NCBI GenBank assembly: GCA_026936335.1
Contig: JAPMXV010000045.1
Span: 443,214 to 507,213, forward strand
Length of the DNA stretch: 64,000 nt
Source: Mantamonas sphyraenae STR306
Lineage: Eukaryota > Protista > CRuMs
Reading direction: 5' to 3'
Positions 53,501 through 64,000 of this stretch are shown here, one piece after another. The notes beneath the pieces are model-generated. The model saw nothing but the letters and a program-made list of their open reading frames with translations. It ran no database searches and was not told the DNA's origin. Numbering within the stretch: position 1 is the first letter of the stretch; each line of letters begins with the position of its first letter. The translations under genes and the position numbers were made by a program.

Positions 53501-56500
53501 GGTGGCACGTGTGGCCATCGCGGACAACGTGAGCCGCGAGCTGGTGGTCAACACCGTGAAGAAGGGCGAGACGGAAATCGGCGTGTCGCAGATGGCCCAG
53601 CCGGTGCCGCAGTACATGCAGGGCGACGACGAGCTGCTGGCCAACCGCTACGAGGATCTGACCGCAGGCGAGAAGAACCTGCCGCCTCTGGCAGCGACGC
53701 GCGTGGACCTGTCGCACGATCTGCAGTTCCAGGGCAGCTCGGGCAGCGAGGGTGCCCCGAAGATCACCTGGTGGTCCACGGACTACGTGGAGATCACGGT
53801 GGACTCGCTGGCGGAGGGCAGCCACCTTGCGCTGGGCTATGTCACGGGCAAGATCGGCGAGAAGAAGAGCGAAGAGGACGAGGAGGAAGAGGAGGAAGGC
53901 GAAGAGCGCGTGTCGTACGTGTACGGCAACGACGGCAGCGTGCGCAAGGTGACGTTTACGTCGGATGGACGCGCCGCCGGGTTTGAGCTGACCGAGGAGG
54001 AGGTGACGGCCCTGGGCGAGGGTGCATCGTTCTCTGTGGCGACCTTTGCCGCAGGCGACGTGGTGGGCATCGGCCGCGACTACAAGAACCGTGAGGTGTT
54101 TGTGACCAAGAATGGCGAGAACCTGGGCGCGCAGTTCAGCGAGCCGTGGGGCGCCATGTGGGCGACGGTGTTTACGCAGGGCGAAGGCGTGTCCTTCAGC
54201 GTGAACGACGGCGACGCAGTGCGCTACAACGTGGACTCGCACGTGTCGTCGTCCGATGGCTCGCTGTTCAAGATGCGCCCTGGTGCGCAGTTCAACGGCG
54301 TGTACACGGCGGACGAGGACCTGGCCACCATTGAGCTGAAGATCCAAAAGGTGGACGGCCGCGATTTCTCGGGCGAGCTGAACTGGCCGTCGGAGGAGAC
54401 GGTGGTGAAGATGGAGGGTGAGCTGGGTGTGCACAACAGCCTTGTGTTCCGCGAGGTGGAAGTGCTGGAGGGCCAGAAGAACAACTGGACGTGCGGCGAG
54501 TTCAAGTGCACGATCGACGTCGATGGCAACATCCAGGGTTCGCTGGACGGGGCGGGCGAGAAGACGGTGGAGCTGGCACGCTTTGAGCGTGGCGTTGCGC
54601 TGGACTTTAGCAGCGAGGAGCACGCCTATGTGGATCTGGGCCGCGGATCGAAGCTGAACTCGGACGAGGGCCTGTTTGTGGAGATGTGGGTCAAGTTTGA
54701 CGGCATGCCGGGCGAGAACGAGGCCCAGTACCTGCTGACGCGCGGCACGAAGCACGACGACCGCCTGTTCTTTGTGCGCGTGGCGAAGCGTGAGCTGCAG
54801 TGCGGCACGTCGCGTCCGTCGAAGAAGAGCTTTGTGAAGACGGGCTACATGCTGACGGAGGAGGATGTGGGCGACTGGATGTGCGTGGGTGCCGGCTACG
54901 ACGTGGAGAGCGGCACGTGGAAGCTGTACGTGAACGGCAAGCTCAAGGGCGAAGCCAAGGCGGACAACGAGCTGGACAAGATCAAGGATCAGCGCTGGGT
55001 GGTGGGTGCATACATGGCACCTGAGGGCGAGGAGGGCTCGGACGAGGACCGCGACGCCAAGGAGAAGCACGAGACCAAGTTCAACTTCCGCGGTGTGGTG
55101 GACGAGCTGCGCATCTGGAAGAAGGTGCAACCGGAGCAGGCGATCGAGGACAACCTGCGCGCGTATGTGAAGGGCGACAAGCTGGTGGGCCTGTACTACT
55201 TCAACGAGAACGTGGGCACGACGACGCTGAACCTGGTGAACACCGAGGTGCACGGCTACGTGCATGGTGCGACTTGGTGCACAAGCACGATGAAGCGCGC
55301 GGGCAGCGGCGGATTCGACCCGACCTTCAGGACGGAGAAGCTGCACGGCGAGCTGGAGCTGAGCAACGGCAACTGCACGCTGACGCAGAAGTACACGTAC
55401 AGCGACTGGAGGACGCACCACAGCGCACAGGCCATCGAACCGGGCATGGGCACGGTCTCGTATGAGATGAAGATCGACCAGACGAGCAGTGGTACGATCA
55501 TGATGGGCGTGTGCGAGAAGGACCACAACCAGACGTACTACATCGGTGGATACAGCAACCCGAAGGGCTGGAGCTTCTACGGCTCGTCCAGTGGATACGT
55601 GTACCACGACGGCTACAGTGACTACTACGGACAGGCGATGTCGACGGGCCAGGTGATCACATGCACCGTCAACGTGGACGAGGGCTGGATCCAATGGAAG
55701 ACCAACTCGACGGAGCACCCGAAGAAGACGTACAGCGACTTGACGGGCAAGACGGTGTACGCAGGCGTGAGTCTGTACTCGCCGAACGACAAGGTGACGT
55801 TCCAGCGCGTGGGCGGCGCCGGAGGCGGTGGCGAGTCTGGCAACAAGACGTACGGCTCGCCCGAGCTTATCCGCAAGGCGCGTGTGAACAACCTGCGTGC
55901 GCTGGGCTTTGGCCAGGCGGCAGCGGAGAAGGCGCTGGACGAGGTGTGCCCCGACGTGGACGACGAGTTTGACGTGGAGGGCGTGATTGCGTGGATGATC
56001 GAAAGGAGCGCGGAGCTGGAGAACGTGGAGGACTCGACGGCGCAGGCGGAGGAGGAGGACGCACAGGAGGACCTCGTGTTTGACCTGGGCAGCCTCGGAT
56101 CGATGGGCGAGAACCAGGCGTTTGAGGTGCTGGACGCACCGGGCCAGAGCAAGAAGAAGGAGGAGAAGAAGGAGAAGAAGGAGGGCAAGGAGCGCCCGAC
56201 GCTGACCAAGAGCTTCAACGCAGGCGGACCTCTGTGGAGGACTGTGCTGCTGTCGCAGTTTGCGAGCTCGACCGAGGCACTGTGCGTTGTGTTTGCGCGC
56301 CAGGCGTTCTTTTCGCTGATGAAGAACTGGCCGAGCGCACACACGTTCAGCGTGGAGAAGCTGGGTGGCGTGAGCACGTTTACGCACCTGCTGAAGCTGA
56401 ACGCGGCGGCCTACGAGGACGACCTGGAAATGGGCGACAAGGAGATGGCGCAGTCGACATCGCCGATTGTGCTTCTGCGCAACAAGCTGGTGGAGGTTCT

Positions 56501-59500
56501 GCCGAGCGAAGACGCAGAAGCGATGAAGGTGAAGCAGGCGATTGTGCTGGAGATTGTGAGCAGCCTGATGAAGCTGATCGAGGCGCAGAGCGGCGCCACG
56601 GAGACCCAGATCAACAACGACAAGGACGCGCTGGAGAAGCCGAATGCCGCGCTTGCGTGCTGGCTCGCCGAGACGCTGTTCTCGAAGGAGTCCAACAAGG
56701 TGGCTCCGGAGGATGCACGCCGCGTGGTGAGCGTGCTGTTCACGTACCTTGCACACGGCAGCAACAACATGGGCACCCGCATCATGCGCCTGCTTGCAGT
56801 TGTGTTGCGCAGCGTGACGGGCGAGATCGACCTTCCCGCGATCAAGCAGCTGCGCAAGGCCATGTTTGAGCTGTACAAGGAGAAGGGCCCCAAGCCGGGC
56901 GCCAAGACGTTCACGCTGCCGCCTGCACACCTGCAGGTGCTGGTGGAACTGATGGTGAGCACACGCCATTTGGCAACGGGCAGCAAGAAGGCGGCACCCG
57001 CAGATGTGAAGGGCAAGGGCAAGGCCAGCGAGAGCGAGGCCGAGGTGGAGGTTGTGGAAGTGGAGGTCGAAGGCGGTGAAGGCGCAAGCAGCGGCGGTGC
57101 AAGCAGCGAGAGCGAAGAGAAGCCGAGCAGCAGCAGCGGCGACGACGACGAGACGCAGACGTGGTTTGAGGACGTGGGCGAGGTGGCCGACTTTTTGCAC
57201 GGGTCGCTGAACAACAAGCCGCTGTCGGAGACGGTGGTGGCCAAGGTGCTGATGAGGACGGACACGAGCAACAGCAAGACGTTTGAGAGCGCGCACCCGT
57301 ACAAGAAGGCTCGCAAGGGCAAGAAGATTTCGATGGAGCAGGTGACGAGCGTGAGCGTGACGCTGGACGAGAAGTGCAAGGTCGCGGAGGGCGACTACAT
57401 CTTCTTCACGCGCGACGAAGAGGGCAAGGACATGCTGGGCATGTGGACGAACCCGCCGGATGACCACGACGAGGAGAAGAAGAAGGCCGGTCGCACGTTT
57501 GAGTTTGACACGGGCAAGTTCTACTGGGTGTTCCCGTGCAAGCCGACGGTGCTGTTTGACAAGAGCACGGCACACAACGCACTGCGTGTGAGCGACGACC
57601 TGAAGACGCTGGAGGCAGACGAAAGCTACTGCACGTGGCGCTCGATCATGTGCAAGACACCTGCGCGTGGACGCTTCAGCTTCATTTGCGAGATTGAAAA
57701 GTGCCAGAGCGGCAACATCATGCTGGGCGTGAGCGAGCAGGGCCATGAGCCGAGCTACTGGATTGGCCAGACGTCGTCGACGCAGGCATGGTCGTACTAT
57801 GGCTGCAGCTACAAGTACCACGACGGAAGCAGCTCGTCGTACGGTGGCAGGATGAACAGCGGCGACACGATCACGGTGACGGTGGACGTGGACGAGGGCT
57901 GGATCTCGTTCAAGCACAACGACACGGACTACGGCAAGGCGTACGAGGATCTGCCCACGGACAAGGACCTGTTCCCTGCGATCTCCCTGTACGACGCCGG
58001 AGACAAGGTGATCTTCAAGCCGGCGAGTCTGGGCAAGGAGAACAAGAGCGAGAGCGGCAGCGCCAAGGAGTGGGGCGTGAGCTTCACGGTGAACCCGACT
58101 GGCTACACGAAGGAGGGCGCTTTGGCGGCCATGGAGAACATGAAGGGCGAGTTTGACGCGTTCCAGGAGCGCCACAGCGCGTTTGGCAAGACGGAGGACC
58201 AGCAGCTGGTGGAGGTGGCGACGAACTTTGTGCGCAAGAGCAAGCCCGACGGTGACCCGAGCGACATCAAGGACGTGACGTCGTTTGCACCGAGCAAGGA
58301 GGAGCTGCTTGGCTACCGCGCTCTGTCGGACATGGACACGTCGTTGCTGCAGGAGCGCCTTGTGGTGCTGCAGCAGATCAACGGCTCGATGAACGTGTTC
58401 CTGCCGCTTGTAGACCTGACGCAGATCGACACGCGCTTCAGCCTGGCAAACGACTTTTCGCGTGCGCGCGGCCTTGTGTTTACGGCACCGAAGTTGCAGC
58501 TGTGGCAGCAGGGTATGGACGGCACGTACTGCAGCGACTATCGCCCGGACATCACGATCAACCGCCAGAAGACGGTGGATCTGTGGGACCAGGAGCCGAG
58601 CGAGGAGACGCTGACGGGCAGTGTGTTTGGCCAGATTGCGGCAGCTCTCAAGACGCACGTGAAGAACCTGCGCCAGAGGCCGAGCAGCCAGGCGTGGCAC
58701 GTGGACTTTACCGGCGAGTCGTCGATCGACGCTGGCGGACCGTACCGTGAGACGTTCTCGCAGATGATCCGCGAGATCCAGTCGCCGCACATCGACCTGC
58801 TTGTGCATGTGGGCAACTTTAAGAGCGACAACGGTATGCACCGTGACACGTTTGTGCCGAACCCGAGCGGCAAGGGCCAGGTGTACAAGGACCACTACCA
58901 GTTCCTGGGCAAGCTGATGGGCGTGGGTCTGCGCCAGAACATGACGATGGAGCTTGCGATGTCGCCTGTGTTCTGGAAGAAGCTGGTGCAGTTCCCGGTG
59001 ACGCGTGCGGATCTGGTGGCCATGGACACGATGTGCGTGCAGTGCAACGACGCCATCGTGGACATTGACAAGAAGGGCGTGACGTCGGAGATGTTTGGCG
59101 ACGTGATTGACGAGACGTTCACGACGCATCTGACGGACGGTACAGAGGTGGAGCTTGTGGAGGGTGGCAAGCACAAGAAGGTGACGTTTGAGAACCGCCA
59201 CGAGTACGTGCGCCTTGTGGAACAGGCTCGTCTGAACGAGTTTGACACGCAGGTGGGCTGGATCCGCGAGGGTCTGGCGTGCATGGTGCCGGTGCGCCTG
59301 TTTTCGCTGTTTACGTGGCAGGACATCCAGCTGCGCATGTGCGGTGTTGCCGACGTGCCGGTGGAGCTGCTGAAGAAGCACACGTACTACAGCGGGTACA
59401 CGAAGGACAGCGAGACGGTGAAGATGTTCTGGGAGTGCATGGAGAACTACACGCCGGAGGAGAGGCAGCTGTTCCTGCGCTTTGTGTGGGGCCGATCGCG

Positions 59501-59693
59501 TCTGCCGTTGGGCGAGGACGCGAGCTACACGTTTACGCTGAGCACGGCGTACCGCAACACCGAGACTGCTCTGCCCGAGTCGCACACGTGCTCGTTCCAG
59601 CTGGATCTGCCGAGCTCGTACGGCACCACCGAGGTGATGTCGCAGCGTCTGGCGTACGCGTTCTACAACTGCGCGGATGTGGACAACGACTAA
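44570..59693 (+). CDS. Giant multi-SPRY/malectin/LamG/UBA HECT E3 ubiquitin ligase, paralog B (exons 44570-44747, 45266-45487, 45676-59693; 4,805 aa)
   Basis: Phase-consistent GT-AG splicing gives 14,418 nt. N-terminus MGNSLNKALLDEDG..DDRAWLKL matches paralog A. HECT with WHVDFTGESSIDAGGPYRE, FLRFVWGRSRLP and catalytic SHTCSFQLDLP. Confidence 0.92.
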
Positions 59694-59933
59694 AGCAGTC
59701 GTGTTGTCGAGTGACGTGATGGCAATGGGTTCAAAGTGCTTGCTTTGTGACTTGCATGCCGACATGCTGCGGGCGCGGGTTTGTGGGGAGCGAATGCCGG
59801 GTCGGGTGTGTTGGGTTTTGGTTTGCAAGGGAGCGGGTGCGTGAGGAAAGTGAATGGAAGGGCCGTTTTGCCGACTAGGGATGGTTGGGGAGTTGGTGAG
59901 GAGGGGAGGAGTGGTTGAGTGGGGAGAAATGGT

Positions 59934-62900
59934 TCATTCGAGGCGTTGGCGTTTGGAGGAGGAGGAGGAGGAGGAGGAGGAGGAGGAGGAGGGGTCTTTG
60001 CGCTTGGGGAGGGTGAAGGAGGGGATGGGGTAGGCGTTGACGAGTGCGACTGTGGTGGGGCGGGTGGTGATGTGGGGTGTGATGCGGTCGATGAGAGTGT
60101 GGAGGAGGGTGTGCAGTGTGGCGTCGCTGGGTTTGGGGTTGTCAAGCCAGGCGATCTGGAGGGAGAGGGAGGTGACGCCACGGGTGAGGGATTTGCTGAT
60201 GGCACTTTGCACCTGCAGGCTGGTGAGTCGTGGTCTGAGGAGGCGGACAAAGAAGGCCAGGTCAACAGGTGGCACGCCCACGTTGCCCAGCGCCAGGATG
60301 ATGTGTCGCACCAGGGACTGCTTGCTGCCGTTGTTGACCAGCTCACGCAGTGCATGGTGCTCGTGTGCGTGCTGATGACGAGGGTGCTTGGCTGCGCGTG
60401 CCTTCATGTGTGCCAGCAGAATTTGAAACTCCGCCGCCGTGCAGCTGCCACGCTCGTCGCCGTGATTGTGCGTTGCCCAGCCACTGCGCACAGACTCAGG
60501 AAGCCATTTGTCCACCTGGGTGGTGGTGAGGTGGTGGTCGTAGTCGCATTGTGTCCAGTGTGGGTCGCTGTCGTTGTCAGCAGGGCGTCGTGCTTTCTGC
60601 AGCCAGAGCTGGGTCTGCTCGTGCTTCTTCCAGGTGGTAGGATGGGGCTTGTCGTCGAAAGTGTCCATCTCTGTCAAAATGAGGTGGAGGAGGGCGTAGT
60701 TGGGGTCACCGTGATCGTGTGGCTCCTCCAGCCAGCACACCTTCAACCCAGCCTTTGTCACACCCATGGCCAGACCAGCGTTGTTGATGGCATGTCTGCA
60801 CGCGTTTCGATCCACGTCTCGGCCGAGAAGAGTGAGGCAGAAGGACATGTCGCCCTGGGAGAGTGGAATGTTGCCCAGAGCGAGCTGAATCTGTCGGACG
60901 AGCGTCAACAGAGTGCCATGGCAGACCACAACACGCGCCTGCAGGGTCATGAGGTCGGGGATGTCGTCAATGGGATGCTCGTTGGCCAGAGTGCGCATGT
61001 GGTTCAGCAGTGCCGTGTGCTCCTTCTTGTTGCTGTGGCTGCGCTCGCTCTTGCGCCAGGTTGTCCAGCTACTGCACACAACGCCATCTGGCAGCCCATC
61101 CTCCACGGCCATCATCTCCTCCTCTGTTGGCTCGGGAAGAACAAGATTGGGGATGCGGAGGGCGTTGACGAGTGCGGGAGTGGTGGGGCGGGTGGTGAAG
61201 TGGGGTGTGATGCGGTCGATGAGGATGTGGAGGAGGGTGTGCAGTGTGACGTCGCTGGGTTTGGGGTTGTCGAGCAAGGCGATCTTGAGGGAGAGGGAGG
61301 TGGCGCCGCGGGTGAGGGTGGCGCTGATGGCAACTTGAACCGGCTTATAGTTGAGGCGTGGCCTGAGGAGGCGGACAAAGAAGGCCAGGTCGACGGGCGG
61401 CACGCCAACGTTGCCCAGCGCCAGCATGATGTGCCGCAGCAGGGAGTTCAGGCTGCCGTTGTTAATCAGCTCACGCAGTGCATGGTTCTCGTGTGTGTGC
61501 TTGTGGTGAGGGTACTTGGCTGCGCGTGCCTTCATGTGTGCCAGCAGAATTTGAAACTCCGCCGCCGTGCAGCTGCCACGCTCGTCGTTGTGCCGGTTGG
61601 TGCTCCAGCCACTGCGCACAGGCTCTGGATGCCACTTTTCCACCGTGGTGGTGGTGAGGTGGTGGTCGTAGTCGCATTGTGTCCAGTGTGGGTCGCTGTC
61701 GTTGTCAGCAGGGCGTCGTGCTTCCTGCAGCCACAGCTGGGTCTGCTTGTGCTCCTTCCAGGTGGTGGGATGGGGTCTGTTGCCGAGTGTGTCCATCTCT
61801 GTCATGAGCAGGTGGAGGAGGGCGTAGTTGGGGTCGCCGTGGTCGTGTGGCTCCTCCAGCCAGCACACCTTCAACCCAGTCTTTGTCACACCCATGGCCA
61901 GCCCAGCGTGGAGCATGGCTGCATTCCTGTTGATCAATGTCGTGACCGAGAAGGGTGAGAAAGAAGGCCATGTCGCCCTGGGAGAGGGGAATGTTGCCCA
62001 GAGCGAGCAGGATCTGTCGGACCAGCGTCAACAGGGTGCCATGGCAGACGGCCACACGCGCCTGCAGTGTCATGAGGTCGGGGATGTTGTCGATGGGATG
62101 CTCGTTGGCCAGAGTGCGCATGTGGTTCAGCAGTGCCGTGTGCTCCTTCTTGTTGCTGTGGCTGCGCTCGTCGCTGTGTCCCGCTGTCCACCCTTTGCGC
62201 ACAACACCATCTGGCAACTTGTTCGTCTTGTCCACGCCTGCGTTCCTCCGTGCGCCGGTGTCTCCGTTCTTGGCCATCCTTGCCCGTGTGCTCGACGTTC
62301 CTGTCTCTGTGCCACTGCCAGCCGTGACCCTGAGCCTGCGCTGTCCGGTGCCTTTCATCTTTTGTGGACCACTTCTTCGGCTGGCCAGGCCTCTGCGACG
62401 TCGTGTGTGGCCTCCACTTGTGTGTCTCGGTTGCCATTCGTCCGCGTCCTCCTGCTCCATGTCGTCTTTGTCGTCGTCGCTGTCGTCTTGCGGTATGTAC
62501 TCCTCATCCATGGCATCACCAGTGTCTGCGAAGCTGAGTGCACCCTGAGATTCCAACTCGTCGTCCACGTGCTGCTGGATTGCGTCGTTTGCCTCGCCGT
62601 CTCCTTCGTACACCTCCATCTCTGAGCTGGTCATCCACTCTGTGTTGCTGGTGATTGGCCGTGGTTCACGGTGGCCGAAGTTCAGGAACATCAGGTCCTC
62701 CACGTCGCCGGTGACATGTGTGTGTGTGTCCTGGTCTGCGTCGTCGTCGTCGCTGTCTCCAGTCTGCCGTGTGGCCTGGAGGGAGGAGGACGACGATGTG
62801 GTGGTGGATGTGGTCTGTGTGATGCCGACAAAGGCAGGGCTGATGCGTTTGGGGACACTATTGTGGTTTGTGGTGGGTTGAGCAGGCGGAGGGTGCAACG

Positions 62901-63514
62901 GAGGCTGAGCGAAGTGCATCTGGGCGGTTTGTCGCGGCTGAGGAGGCGGCGGAGGAGGGTAGGCGTAGTATGGGTGGCCCTGATGAGCATATGCGGTGTG
63001 CTGCTGCGGGTAGGTGTTGACAGGGACCCAGATGATGGGTGGTTGTGGGTGCTGGTACGGGTTTTGTACGCCAGGGACGGGCATCATGTTCGGAAACGGC
63101 TGGGCAGCCATGGGAGGGACCATGTACGCGTAGCTGTGGGGAGACGCGGAGGAGCAGGGCGGGGTGGTAACGGTGAGCGGAAGGCGCAGTGGACGCCGTC
63201 AGGGCAGAAGCGGGGTGAAGGGAGGCCGGAACGAGCAAAGAGGGAAACCGGAGGAGATTGGCAGACCGGGAAACTGGCAGCGGGGTGGGCAGTGACAGGG
63301 GAGAGGGGATCGGAGAAGGGCGGAGGTGGCAGCAGCGGTGGTGATGGGGAAGTGCAGATGCAGGCGAGGAGTGCAGGGAAGCGACGGAGGCATGGAGGAG
63401 GCAAGCAAGCGGGAGAAGCGGGCAGTCAGAAAACGGAGTGGAAGGCAGAACGCACACTGGGTAGGTGTTGGGTGTGCGTTGTTGCTTGGGAGTACTTGAG
63501 TAGTCGTTGTCCAT
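59934..63514 (-). CDS. Subtelomeric hypothetical His-rich repeat protein (~1,085 aa; probable exon 1 63514-63456, exon 2 from 63133; frameshift ~61930)
   Basis: ORFs 61705..63123 and 59934..61937 join. GTGCGT..CCACAG intron gives in-frame MDNDYSSTPKQQRTPNTYPVYAYMVPP. P/Q/Y-rich N-terminus, acidic and basic tracts, then a duplicated globular region. Family not recognised. Confidence 0.6.
60025..62215. repeat. Diverged direct repeat, two copies of ~1.13 kb
   Basis: atttgaaactccgccgccgtgcagctgccacgctcgtc at 60421 and 61549 (period 1,128). Protein segments HSNKKEHTALLNHMRTLANEHPID and DERGSCTAAEFQILLAHMKARAAK each occur twice. Confidence 0.93.
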
Positions 63515-63784
63515 GGTGGTGGTGGTGGTAGTGGAGAGTATGTGGACTGTGTTGGACTGGTGGAGGGTGTTGTGGGTGTTGGTGATATTTTGGTTGAAGG
63601 CGGACGGGCAGTGCTGACTGCGCGGCGTTGCAGGACATCGGCCACTCACCAGCAACATTTCCACTCCCACCCTTTGCCCACTGCGGCATGTCACCACCAA
63701 CTCAGCCACCCCACCAGCAGACACAAGCACAACTCACACGACATAGACCGGACTCACCATACCAGGGGAGACACGATACAATAG

Positions 63785-64000
63785 CTAGGGTTAGCATTAG
63801 GGTTAGGGTTAGGGTTAGGGTTAGGGTTAGGGTTAGGGTTAGGGTTAGGGTTAGGGTTAGGGTTAGGGTTAGGGTTAGGGTTAGGGTTAGGGTTAGGGTT
63901 AGGGTTAGGGTTAGGGGTTAGGGTTAGGGTTAGGGTTAGGGTTAGGGTTAGGGTTAGGGTTAGGGTTAGGGTTAGGGTTAGGGTTAGGGTTAGGGTTAGG
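63785..64000 (+). repeat. Telomeric (TTAGGG)n array, chromosome end
   Basis: Continuous TTAGGG to the window end in the correct G-strand polarity. Degenerate proximal units CTAGGG and TTAGCA, and one TTAGGGG at ~63911. Confidence 0.98.

Noticed and set aside
46842-59828. 4,328-aa antisense ORF overlapping HECT B
   Set aside because: Codon-aligned shadow frame. It stays open because the sense gene avoids TTA/CTA/TCA codons, and its L/V/H/R-rich translation has no recognisable domains.
59934-63780. Telomeric retrotransposon, LTR pair or Y'-like helicase element
   Set aside because: No RT, endonuclease, gag zinc knuckle or helicase motifs. The 1.13-kb repeats are adjacent and coding rather than terminal.
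63628-63921. ORF encoding (RV)n
   Set aside because: Translation of the TTAGGG telomere repeat.

Overview
Right-hand chromosome end of a compact, GC-rich, intron-poor eukaryote (probably a flagellated protist), ending in a (TTAGGG)n telomere at ~63,785-64,000. Genes in order: Rab24 (-, 3' end outside window), an unknown beta-propeller-like protein (+), COX17 (-), two tandem Mpv17/PMP22 paralogs (-), CABIN1/Hir3 (+), a PNKD-like glyoxalase II homolog (-), ACBP (+, not in the ORF track), a TOM1-like VHS-GAT adaptor (-), an ankyrin-repeat frame with no clear start or stop (+), alpha-tubulin (-), and a CH+CKK CAMSAP/Patronin-like protein with a 159-bp tandem array (-). Next come two paralogous giant HECT E3 ligases (~5,070 aa on -, 4,805 aa on +) pointing away from each other around the RNA polymerase III largest subunit (RPC1). 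Last is an unknown His-rich repeat protein starting ~270 bp from the telomere. The best candidate for an undescribed system is the ligase pair: MG-start (probable myristoylation), several SPRY domains, a malectin-like domain, two LamG/ConA-like domains, UBA and a HERC-type HECT, with only the minus-strand paralog carrying extra ZZ and UBR-box zinc modules. Other signals: CA-rich rather than pyrimidine-rich intron 3' ends, a G/C strand skew that ignores gene orientation, very short intergenic gaps, and five small frameshifts that are most likely assembly errors. All domain calls are by-eye motif recognition; no searches were run.
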